DNA from: an uncultured bacterium | GTDB taxonomy: Bacteria; DYJV01 | Reading direction: 5' to 3' | Assembly (NCBI GenBank): GCA_964543655.1 | Contig: CAZIZE010000101.1 | Location: forward strand, 1 to 23,654 | DNA: 23,654 nt | In this document: positions 1 through 8,023 of the stretch, piece by piece | How the letters are laid out: every line of letters begins with the position of its first letter | How positions within the stretch are numbered: position 1 is the stretch's first letter | Notes under the pieces: generated by a model | Told to the model about the DNA's origin: nothing | Database searches by the model: none | The model's input: the letters and a program-made list of their open reading frames with translations, nothing else | Program-made: the position numbers and the translations under genes

Positions 1-59
1 ATAACATCAGGATTGCAGTCATAAAACTCTACAAGCAAGTGTCTGCCAAGTGCTTTCAT
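1..59 (-). CDS. speD: S-adenosylmethionine decarboxylase proenzyme, 5' part (runs off window)
   Basis: Reverse complement reads MKALGRHLLVEFYDCNPDV, the typical class 1B AdoMetDC N-terminus (GRHL..EFY.C). SD AGGAGG at 71-66. Not in ORF track. Confidence 0.88.
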   Translation of the reverse strand, partial: MKALGRHLLVEFYDCNPDV

Positions 60-94
60 AGTCCACCTCCTTTTCTAAAATTTAAAGGTCAAAT

Positions 95-123
95 TCTATA
101 TATGATTCATTGCAATTTGTCAA
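95..123 (-). promoter_or_regulatory. Putative sigma70 promoter for speD
   Basis: TTGACA (123-118), 17 bp spacer, TATAGA (100-95). Confidence 0.55.
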
Positions 124-492
124 ACAAAATTTAAAAAATAAGAAAATATTAATTAATTGAAATAGTGGTATAAAAATCAGCTATTTAGAATGGTTGAGAA
201 GCTCTGTTTAATGAAAAATAGCTACGATTAAAGGAATCTATTTTGGCAAAATTTAGTATGGCAATTATTTTTTACTTTTAATTATTCTAAATAATTCTTC
301 ATGAAAAATAGTTGCTTCTCCATTTTTGATGTTTTTTTCTTTACCAAAATAAATTTGTTATCTACTATTCCTTGCAAAATAAATACTATCTAATTTAAAA
401 CAACAATTTTGTATGATTTAGATAAAAATTATTTTTAAATAATTTAAATAAGGTGGATTTGTCGCTTATAATAAACTTTTATGAAAAATTAC

Positions 493-521
493 TTGACTAT
501 TTTTTGTTTTTAAATTATAAT
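493..521 (+). promoter_or_regulatory. Near-consensus sigma70 promoter of the gntR-hydantoinase-TRAP operon
   Basis: TTGACT (493-498), 17 bp spacer, TATAAT (516-521). Predicted +1 is about 528, the A of the ATG. Confidence 0.75.
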
Positions 522-527
522 AAAATT

Positions 528-1442
528 ATGTTTGAAATTCATAATTATTCAAACCCATTTAGCTTAGGAATATTTCTTGATTATATTTTCAGGCACAAGA
601 TTATAACAGGTGAACTGCCGTTTAATTCTAAGTTGCCTGGGATTAAACAGTTAGCAAATGAGTATTATTTTAGTGAAAGGATTCCTGTAGAAGCATATAG
701 CAGATTAAAAGATGCTGGTTATATAAAAACTATTAAAAAAGGAGGCACAAGGGTTTCCCTTACACTTGATGTTAATGCAAGAGAAATTTATGGGAAGAAT
801 TACATTTATTTTCAAAATATAATTGCAATGCTTTATGCTGCTGGTTTTACAAAAGATGACATTTTTTCATGTTTTTTTAATGCTATTGAATCTTTTGATT
901 CTGTAAATTCAAAATTTTTATATATAGAAGATAATGTTATTGACCTTTTTCAAGGAAAGGAAGAGCTTGAAAATAGATTAAATATCAAGTTAAATTGCTC
1001 TCTATTGGAATTGTTTCAAAGCAGAGAGCTCAAAGAAGAAGATAGGATAATTATAACTTCATTTAAAAATTATTACAAATTGCAATCATTAAATCCAGAA
1101 ATTGAAATTATCCCACTTAGAACCACACCAAATCTATCTGAAATTATAAATTTTAATCATATTCCCACATATTCTCATATTTATTACATTACATCAACAG
1201 ATGATGAGAAAAAACTAATTTTAGAGAAATTTGGATACCTTTATAAAAAATTTAAGAATTTTAAAATTATAAAAATCAATGAATTTAAAAAATTTAAAAG
1301 AGTAAATATGATTATTACAACTAAGAGAGTTTTAAATTTGTTGAATTTAGAAAGTAATATCAAGGTATGGGTTTTAAATAGGTTTTACGATGATGATGGC
1401 ATTAACCTCATCAAAAGCAAAATTGAGGAGAGAGCTAAATGA
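528..1442 (+). CDS. GntR-family transcriptional regulator with long C-terminal effector domain (304 aa)
   Basis: N-terminal wHTH: GELPFNSKLPGIKQLANEY...VEAYSRLKDAGYIKTIKKGGTRV. Start moved from GTG453 to ATG528 because the promoter lies inside the longer ORF. Stop overlaps the next start (ATGA at 1439-1442). Confidence 0.82.
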   Translation: MFEIHNYSNPFSLGIFLDYIFRHKIITGELPFNSKLPGIKQLANEYYFSERIPVEAYSRLKDAGYIKTIKKGGTRVSLTLDVNAREIYGKNYIYFQNIIAMLYAAGFTKDDIFSCFFNAIESFDSVNSKFLYIEDNVIDLFQGKEELENRLNIKLNCSLLELFQSRELKEEDRIIITSFKNYYKLQSLNPEIEIIPLRTTPNLSEIINFNHIPTYSHIYYITSTDDEKKLILEKFGYLYKKFKNFKIIKINEFKKFKRVNMIITTKRVLNLLNLESNIKVWVLNRFYDDDGINLIKSKIEERAK

Positions 1443-3415
1443 TTATTATTGGTGTTGATACAGGTGGTACATTTACAGATTTCGTTTTCATTAAAGAAAA
1501 TGAAGTGAAAATTTATAAAAGGTTATCCACTCCTTTAAATCCTGCTGAAGCAGTTCTTGATGGAGTTAATAAAATTTCTTCAGATAGTAGAAATATTATT
1601 CATGGTTCAACAGTTGCAACCAATGCTATCCTTGAAAGAAAGGGTGTGAAAACAGCGTTAATTATAAATAAGGGATTTGAAGATATAATTGAAATAGGCA
1701 GGCAAAACAGAGAGGAATTATACAACTTGAGCTATGAAAGGCCAAGGCAAATTGTTCCAGAAGAGTTAAGATTTGGTATTAAAGGCAGAATTCTCTACGA
1801 TGGAACTCTTATTGAGGATTGTGATGAACAAGAAATAGAGGATGTTATTCAACGTATTAAAAGTATGGATGTGGAGTCACTTGCAGTTTCATTACTTTTT
1901 TCATATGTTGACAATTCTCATGAAAAAAAGGTTGAAGAGATAGCTCAAAAGCATAATATCCCGGTATCATGTTCATATAAGGTTTTGCCAGAATTTAGAG
2001 AGTATGAAAGAACTTCTACCACTGTTTTAAATTCTTATGTATCCCCTATTATGCACAGATATATTAAATTCTTGCAGAACAACCTGAAAAGTTCAGATAT
2101 TCTCAGAATTATGCAATCCAATGGCGGTAGTATTTCAGCAGAAACAGCAATGGTGGAATCTATCAGAACCATTCTATCAGGCCCTGCTGGAGGAGCTGTT
2201 GGTGCTCTTGAAATAGGCAGGCTTGCAGGATATAATAAGTTAATTACATTTGATATGGGAGGCACTTCCACAGATGTTTCCCTTATTGATGGCAAATTAT
2301 CATATACTTACGAATCAAAAATTTCTGGTATGCCAATTAAAGTGCCAATGATAGATATTCATACAGTAGGTGCAGGTGGTGGCTCAATTGCATACCTTGA
2401 TGAAGGTGGAGCATTAAAAGTGGGACCAGAAAGTGCTGGAGCAGATCCTGGACCAATATGTTATGGAAAGGGTGAGAAGATCACTGTAACTGATGCAAAT
2501 CTCTTTCTGGGAAGATTGATTCCAGATTTTTTTCTTGGCGGGAATATGAAGTTATCATCTGAGAGAATAAACTCATACTTCAGCGAGCTTGCAGAAAAAG
2601 CTAAAATGACTCCTGTTGAACTTGCAATGGGTATTCTTGAAATTGCTAATGTAAACATGGAGAGGGCTATTAGAGTTATTTCTGTTGAAAAAGGATTTAA
2701 TCCAGCAGAATTTACCCTTTTTTCATTTGGTGGGGCAGGTGGTATGCATGCAGCTTTTCTTGCTGAAAATCTCTCTATTGGTACAGTTTTTATTCCTAAA
2801 AACCCAGGTATTTTATCAGCTTTTGGAATGTTAATGGCTGATATTATTAAAGATTATTCTCATACCATTATGGTGAATGAATCAGAAGCTGATTATACCA
2901 ATATAAAAGAAAAGTTTGAGCCATTAATTTCAAATGCTATAAATGATATGAAAAATGAAGGAGTCAGGAAAGATTCAATAAAGTTTGAATATTACATTGA
3001 TATGAGATATAAGGGCCAATCACATGAAATAACTATACCATTTGATAAAGATTTTGTTAATACTTTTCATACGTTTCATGAAAGAAATTTTGGTTATAAA
3101 AATATCAATAAACCAACGGAAATAGTTAATATTAGACTTAGAGCAATTGGTGCATTAAAAAAGCCTCAGATTAAAGAATATCCACTTGGTAGTGAAAAGA
3201 TAGCTAATGATGCAGTTATTATGGAAAAAGATGTTATTTTTTACAATACAAATCCTGTTAAAACAAAGGTGATTAGCAGAGAGAAATTAAAACCAGGTAA
3301 TCTATTTACTGGCCCCTCAATAGTGGTAGAATACACATCAACTATTGTGATACCACCTAAGTGGAGTGCAAAGGTTGACAAATTTGAAAATATTATTTTG
3401 GAAAAGCAGCGATAA
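1439..3415 (+). CDS. Hydantoinase/oxoprolinase family subunit A (HyuA / N-terminal half of OplA type, ATP-binding)
   Basis: GVDTGGTFTD, HGSTVATNA, REYERTSTT, SGPAGG, DMGGTSTDV, GAGGGSIA, GPESAGADPGP motifs. SD GAGGAG upstream. Confidence 0.95.
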   Translation: MIIIGVDTGGTFTDFVFIKENEVKIYKRLSTPLNPAEAVLDGVNKISSDSRNIIHGSTVATNAILERKGVKTALIINKGFEDIIEIGRQNREELYNLSYERPRQIVPEELRFGIKGRILYDGTLIEDCDEQEIEDVIQRIKSMDVESLAVSLLFSYVDNSHEKKVEEIAQKHNIPVSCSYKVLPEFREYERTSTTVLNSYVSPIMHRYIKFLQNNLKSSDILRIMQSNGGSISAETAMVESIRTILSGPAGGAVGALEIGRLAGYNKLITFDMGGTSTDVSLIDGKLSYTYESKISGMPIKVPMIDIHTVGAGGGSIAYLDEGGALKVGPESAGADPGPICYGKGEKITVTDANLFLGRLIPDFFLGGNMKLSSERINSYFSELAEKAKMTPVELAMGILEIANVNMERAIRVISVEKGFNPAEFTLFSFGGAGGMHAAFLAENLSIGTVFIPKNPGILSAFGMLMADIIKDYSHTIMVNESEADYTNIKEKFEPLISNAINDMKNEGVRKDSIKFEYYIDMRYKGQSHEITIPFDKDFVNTFHTFHERNFGYKNINKPTEIVNIRLRAIGALKKPQIKEYPLGSEKIANDAVIMEKDVIFYNTNPVKTKVISREKLKPGNLFTGPSIVVEYTSTIVIPPKWSAKVDKFENIILEKQR

Positions 3416-3478
3416 ATTTTAACATGAATTATTCAAAAGATTTTGCTTTGAGTTATGAATTAAAAAGAGGAGAGTTTT

Positions 3479-5050
3479 ATGGAAGTTAATCCTATTCTAT
3501 TAGAAGTTTTTAAAAATAGATTTATTTCCATTTCAGAAGAAATGGGTGTTACCCTTGTTAGAACTGCATATTCACCTAATATTAAAGAGAGAAGAGATTC
3601 TTCATGTGCAATTTTTAATGCCAATGGAGAAATGATAGAGCAGGCTGCTCATATACCTGTTCATTTAGGCTCAATGCCTCTTTCAGTTAAATCTGCAATT
3701 GAAGATATGGAGTTAAATGAAGGAGATATGGTTATTCTTAATGATCCTTACAAAGGGGGGACTCATTTACCTGATGTTACCATAGTAGCTCCTGTTTACT
3801 TTAATTCAGAAAAGCCTTTATTTTATGTTGCCAATAGAGCTCACCATGCTGATATAGGAGGGATGACACCTGGTTCAATGCCTCTTTCAACATCACTTTT
3901 TCAGGAAGGTGTGATTATCCCACCATTAAAGCTTGTGGAGAATGGAGAAATTGATAAAAAATTTATGAAATTTTTATTAAATAATGTGAGAACCCCTTAT
4001 GAAAGGGAAGGGGATTTTGCAGCACAAATTATGGCTAATATTATTGGAATTAAAAGAATCAAAGAATTAATAGAAAAATACTCTGAAAAAACAGTGCTTT
4101 TTTATGCTGATGAGTTAATAAACTATACTGAAAGAATTACAAGGCATATTATTGGAAATATGAAAGATGGTGTTTTTGAATTTGAAGATTTCCTTGATAA
4201 TGATGGAATTAGTGATGAACCAGTAAAAATCAAGGTTATAGTAGAAATAAAAGGTGATGAAATGCATATTGATTTCTCAGAATCTTCTCCTCAGGTAAAA
4301 GGCTCTGTAAATGCTGTATTTGCGATTACTGCATCTGCTGTTTTATATGTTGTGAGGACATTAATAGAGAGGGAAATTTCAACTAATGCAGGAATATTGA
4401 GAGCTATTAAAATCAAGACTAAAAAGGGTACAATAGTTGATGCTGAGTTTCCCTCTGCTGTTGCTGGTGGTAATGTGGAAACTTCACAGAGAATAGTTGA
4501 TGTACTCCTTGGAGCACTGTATAAAGCACTTCCTGATAAAATTCCTGCTGCAAGCCAGGGCACAATGAACAATATTGCAATTGGCGGGATTGATGAGCGT
4601 AGAGGCACTCCTTTTGCATATTATGAGACTCTTGCTGGTGGCATGGGTGCTTCATCTAAAAATAATGGAGCTAATGCTGTACATTCGCACATGACAAATA
4701 CGTTAAATACTCCTGTTGAAGCACTTGAGTATAGTTATCCATTTCTTGTAACAAATTATTCAATTAGAAAAGGCTCAGGTGGTAAAGGTAAATTTTCAGG
4801 GGGCAATGGATTGATTAGAGAAATCAAACTTTTGTCAGATTCGGAAATTACAGTTCTTTCTGAAAGGAGAAGATTTGCACCTTATGGATTAAATGGAGGA
4901 GAAGCAGGAAAAACAGGATTGAATATTATAATTGATGAAAATGGTGAAAAAAAAGTTATGCCATCAAAATTCAATATTTCAGTAAAGAAAGGCTCTATTT
5001 TGAGGATTGAAACACCAGGTGGTGGTGGATGGGGCAAATATTTACAATAA
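3479..5050 (+). CDS. Hydantoinase B/oxoprolinase family subunit B (metal-binding catalytic subunit)
   Basis: RTAYSPNIKERRD, HIPVHLGSM, NDPYKGGTHLPD, RAHHADIGG, HMTNTLNTPVE, ETPGGGGWG motifs. SD GAGGAG. Confidence 0.95.
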   Translation: MEVNPILLEVFKNRFISISEEMGVTLVRTAYSPNIKERRDSSCAIFNANGEMIEQAAHIPVHLGSMPLSVKSAIEDMELNEGDMVILNDPYKGGTHLPDVTIVAPVYFNSEKPLFYVANRAHHADIGGMTPGSMPLSTSLFQEGVIIPPLKLVENGEIDKKFMKFLLNNVRTPYEREGDFAAQIMANIIGIKRIKELIEKYSEKTVLFYADELINYTERITRHIIGNMKDGVFEFEDFLDNDGISDEPVKIKVIVEIKGDEMHIDFSESSPQVKGSVNAVFAITASAVLYVVRTLIEREISTNAGILRAIKIKTKKGTIVDAEFPSAVAGGNVETSQRIVDVLLGALYKALPDKIPAASQGTMNNIAIGGIDERRGTPFAYYETLAGGMGASSKNNGANAVHSHMTNTLNTPVEALEYSYPFLVTNYSIRKGSGGKGKFSGGNGLIREIKLLSDSEITVLSERRRFAPYGLNGGEAGKTGLNIIIDENGEKKVMPSKFNISVKKGSILRIETPGGGGWGKYLQ

Positions 5051-5067
5051 TTAACCTTTAAGGTTAA
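5051..5067. repeat. Perfect 17-bp palindrome TTAACCTT-T-AAGGTTAA
   Basis: Read directly, between the subunit B stop and the dctP SD. Confidence 0.6.
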
Positions 5068-5087
5068 AACAAAAAAAGGAGGTAAAA

Positions 5088-6071
5088 ATGAAAATGAGAA
5101 AAGTTTTAATTGGTTTTTTAATGGCTCTTGTTACTTGTCTCCCGATGTCATTATCAGCAAAGCTTGTTAAACTTGATTGTAATGCAATTTATGGTCCTAC
5201 AAGTTTTCACACTCAGGGTGCTATGAAATTTGCTGAACTTGTTAAAAAATATTCCAATGGCTCTGTTATTATTACTGTTCATCCTGGTGGCAGTCTTGGA
5301 TTTAAAGGCCAGGAGCTTCTTAAAGCAGTAAAAGATGGTTCTGTTCCTCTATCTGATATTTTAATGGGGGTTGTTGCTGGAAGTGAGCATATATTTGGTG
5401 TAAGTTCTCTGCCAAAGCTTGTTAATAGTTACAAAGCAGCAAAAAAGTTATATGAGCAGATGAAACCATTTTACAAAAAAGCTGCAATGAAATGGAATCA
5501 AAAATTTTTATATGCAGCACCTTGGCCACCAAGTGGTCTTGTTACAAAGAAACCTATAAAAACTGTAGCTGACCTAAAAGGATTAAAAACAAGAACCTAT
5601 GATAAAAATGGAGCTGAGTTTTTAAGAGCATTAGGTGCATCACCTGTGGCTCTTCCTTGGGGTGAAGTTTACTCATCTTTAAGAACAGGTATGATAGACT
5701 CTGTGCTAACCTCAACAGAATCAACTAAAAATGGTAAATTCTGGGAAGTTTTAAAATATTTTACAAATATTTACTATGCATTTCCTCTTAATATGATGAC
5801 AATTAACCTTGATTACTGGAAATCTTTGTCAAAAGAGCAACAGAAAGCTATTTTAAAAGCTGCAAAAGAAGTTGAAGCATTACAATGGGCAAATTCAGAA
5901 AATAGAATGATAAATGCAACAAAAGTAATAGAGCAGCATGGCATGATTGTTAACAATTCTACCCCTGAGCTTGAAAAAGCAATGAAAAAAGCTGCTGCTA
6001 AGTTGTGGAAAAAGTTTCTAAGAAGATGCAACAGTAAAGAGAAAGCTATTTTAAAAGAATATATGAAATAA
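5088..6071 (+). CDS. dctP: TRAP transporter substrate-binding protein (DctP family, DctP6/7-like)
   Basis: Signal peptide MKMRKVLIGFLMALVTCLPMSLSA. HPGGSLG, PWPPSGL, LKGLKTRTY (carboxylate-binding Arg), EVYSSLRTGMID. SD AGGAGGT at 5077-5083. Confidence 0.95.
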   Translation: MKMRKVLIGFLMALVTCLPMSLSAKLVKLDCNAIYGPTSFHTQGAMKFAELVKKYSNGSVIITVHPGGSLGFKGQELLKAVKDGSVPLSDILMGVVAGSEHIFGVSSLPKLVNSYKAAKKLYEQMKPFYKKAAMKWNQKFLYAAPWPPSGLVTKKPIKTVADLKGLKTRTYDKNGAEFLRALGASPVALPWGEVYSSLRTGMIDSVLTSTESTKNGKFWEVLKYFTNIYYAFPLNMMTINLDYWKSLSKEQQKAILKAAKEVEALQWANSENRMINATKVIEQHGMIVNNSTPELEKAMKKAAAKLWKKFLRRCNSKEKAILKEYMK

Positions 6072-6074
6072 TAA

Positions 6075-6100
6075 AAGCAGGGTGTAAACCCTGCTTCTTT
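6075..6100 (+). terminator. Intra-operon hairpin / leaky intrinsic terminator after dctP
   Basis: AAGCAGGGT-GTAA-ACCCTGCTT (9-bp stem, GNRA loop) followed by CTTT. Confidence 0.75.
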
Positions 6101-6134
6101 CAGTAAATAGATAGATTTTTAATGTGGAATGAAA

Positions 6135-6623
6135 ATGAAGAGTATGGATAAATTAATAAAATTCTTTGATAAAATTGCTGATATAGGCGGGTATATATCA
6201 TCTGTTTTTATGATATTCATTGTTACTCTGATTTTGCTTGAAATTTTTTTAAGAACTTTTTTTAATACATCCACTTTAATATCAGATGAATATAGTGCTT
6301 ACTTTTTTGTTGTAGTGGTAATGTTTGGGCTTGCATATACTTTTAAAGAAGATGGTCATATCAGGATTACCATTATTTTAGGCAGACTTAATCCAAAACT
6401 TAATAAAATTCTTGATATTATTTGTCTCATAATAGCACTTTTGCTTACAATTTTTATGTTTTATTACTCTTTAAAAATGGTAATAGATACACATGCTCTT
6501 GATATGAGAGCAGATTCTATTGCAGAAACTCCACTTTTTATACCTCAGATTGCTCTGCCTGTTGGGTATTTTATATTTATTTTATCTATTGTAGGAAAAC
6601 TTTTCAGGAGGATTAGAAAATAA
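6135..6623 (+). CDS. dctQ: TRAP transporter small permease
   Basis: Four TM segments, DEYSAY and EDGHIRITI motifs. Start ambiguous (6129/6135/6144); GGA at 6126-6128 favours 6135. Confidence 0.92.
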   Translation: MKSMDKLIKFFDKIADIGGYISSVFMIFIVTLILLEIFLRTFFNTSTLISDEYSAYFFVVVVMFGLAYTFKEDGHIRITIILGRLNPKLNKILDIICLIIALLLTIFMFYYSLKMVIDTHALDMRADSIAETPLFIPQIALPVGYFIFILSIVGKLFRRIRK

Positions 6624-7954
6624 TATCAGATCCATTAACTTTAGCTATTGTTATGTTTGGGATTATGTTTGCCTTCCTTCTTTCTGGTGTGTGGATAGGG
6701 TTTTCTCTCTTTCTTGCTGGTATAAGTGGAATGTTGCTTTACAATATAACTTTGCCACCTAATATGTCTATCTGGTTTAAAATAGGCACTTTAATTGCCA
6801 ATTCTGTGTGGAATAGCATAGATTCATGGTCATTAACTGCTCTTCCTCTATTTGTTTTAATGGGAGAGATTCTTTTCAGAACTGCAATGTCCACAAGATT
6901 GTTAAATGGTCTTGTGCCCTGGCTTTCCAATGTTCCAGGAAGATTATTACATATTAATGTAGTAGCTTGTTCCCTGTTTGCAGCTGTATCAGGGTCAAGT
7001 GCAGCTACCACAGCAACTGTTGGGAAAATAACACTTACAGAATTATCAAAAAGAGGTTATGATAGAAAACTTGCTATTGGCTCACTTGCAGGTGCAGGCA
7101 CTCTTGGCTTTTTAATACCTCCAAGTCTTATAATGATTATTTATGGTATTCTCTCAGATAGCTCAATAGGAAAACTTTTTATTGGGGGTATTATTCCAGG
7201 TATAATTTTAGCATCAATGTACTCTTCATATATTATTATTGTTTCTCTAATAAAACCCAATATTGTCCCTAAAGAAAAAGAGCATTACACTTTCAAAGAA
7301 AAAATTATTGCTTCAAAAGAATTGATACCTGTTCTTGGTCTGATATTTGTTGTTCTTGGTGGAATCTATCTTGGTTTTACTACCCCTACAGAAGCTGCTG
7401 CAATAGGAGTGCTTGGAGCTTATATACTTGCTATTTATTTTAAAAATTTAACCTGGGAAAATTTTAAACTTTCACTTCTAAATTCAGTGAAAACAACAGT
7501 TATGATATGTTTTATAATTATGGGAGCTGCATTTTTATCCCAAGTAGTTGGTTTTGTTGGTATAGCAAGAGCATTAAGTGAATATATTGCTGGGCTTCAT
7601 CTATCTCCCTATGTGTTGATTTTTGTCCTTGGGTTAATGTATCTTTTTTTAGGAATGATTCTTGATGGGATTTCAATAGTTGTTATGACATTGCCAATTG
7701 TTTTACCAATAGTGTTGCATGCACATTTTTCACCTTTATGGTTTGGAATTTTCCTTGTAATTATGGTGGAGCTTTCACAAATTACTCCACCAGTAGGTTT
7801 TAGTTTATTTGTGATTCAAGGTATTTCAGATGAAAAGATAGATACTATTTTAAAGGCAACTTTTCCATTTTTCATTATTATGATTTTAATGGTTGTGTTG
7901 CTTACAATTTTTCCAGAAATAGCACTTTACCTACCAAACAAAATGATTCATTGA
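6620..7954 (+). CDS. dctM: TRAP transporter large permease (probable ATA start at 6620; first ATG at 6653)
   Basis: ALPLFVLMGE, AAVSGSSAAT, GTLGFLIPPS, TPTEAAA, ITPPVG motifs. SD AGGAGG (6606-6611) lies 8 nt before in-frame ATA6620. Confidence 0.93.
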   Translation: MISDPLTLAIVMFGIMFAFLLSGVWIGFSLFLAGISGMLLYNITLPPNMSIWFKIGTLIANSVWNSIDSWSLTALPLFVLMGEILFRTAMSTRLLNGLVPWLSNVPGRLLHINVVACSLFAAVSGSSAATTATVGKITLTELSKRGYDRKLAIGSLAGAGTLGFLIPPSLIMIIYGILSDSSIGKLFIGGIIPGIILASMYSSYIIIVSLIKPNIVPKEKEHYTFKEKIIASKELIPVLGLIFVVLGGIYLGFTTPTEAAAIGVLGAYILAIYFKNLTWENFKLSLLNSVKTTVMICFIIMGAAFLSQVVGFVGIARALSEYIAGLHLSPYVLIFVLGLMYLFLGMILDGISIVVMTLPIVLPIVLHAHFSPLWFGIFLVIMVELSQITPPVGFSLFVIQGISDEKIDTILKATFPFFIIMILMVVLLTIFPEIALYLPNKMIH

Positions 7955-7971
7955 TTCATAGCCACTTTCTA

Positions 7972-8000
7972 TTGCATAATAGTTATTTTTATGATATTAA
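7972..8000 (+). promoter_or_regulatory. Possible promoter for the orphan secreted protein gene
   Basis: TTGCAT (7972-7977), 17 bp spacer, TG-n-TATTAA (7995-8000); imperfect -10. Confidence 0.3.
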
Positions 8001-8023
8001 TTAGAAAATTTAAAGGAGGTTTT

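Noticed and set aside
182..320. Possible structured RNA from inverted matches (182-191/284-293 and 196-202/314-320)
   Set aside because: Pairings are short, non-nested and AT-rich; no riboswitch consensus (e.g. SAM) recognised
453..527. GTG453 start for the GntR gene
   Set aside because: The extension spans a consensus promoter and encodes low-complexity sequence; ATG528 fits better
1439..5050. Acetone or acetophenone carboxylase call
   Set aside because: No gamma or additional subunits; sizes and TRAP context fit a lactam hydrolase
6620..6622. Link between the ATA start of dctM and the tRNA-Ile2 in this window
   Set aside because: Initiation uses fMet-tRNA regardless of codon, so the co-occurrence is coincidental
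2035..7011. Short minus-strand ORFs (2035, 2461, 4291, 4419, 5813, 6739)
   Set aside because: Antisense shadows of well-conserved genes with no motifs of their own
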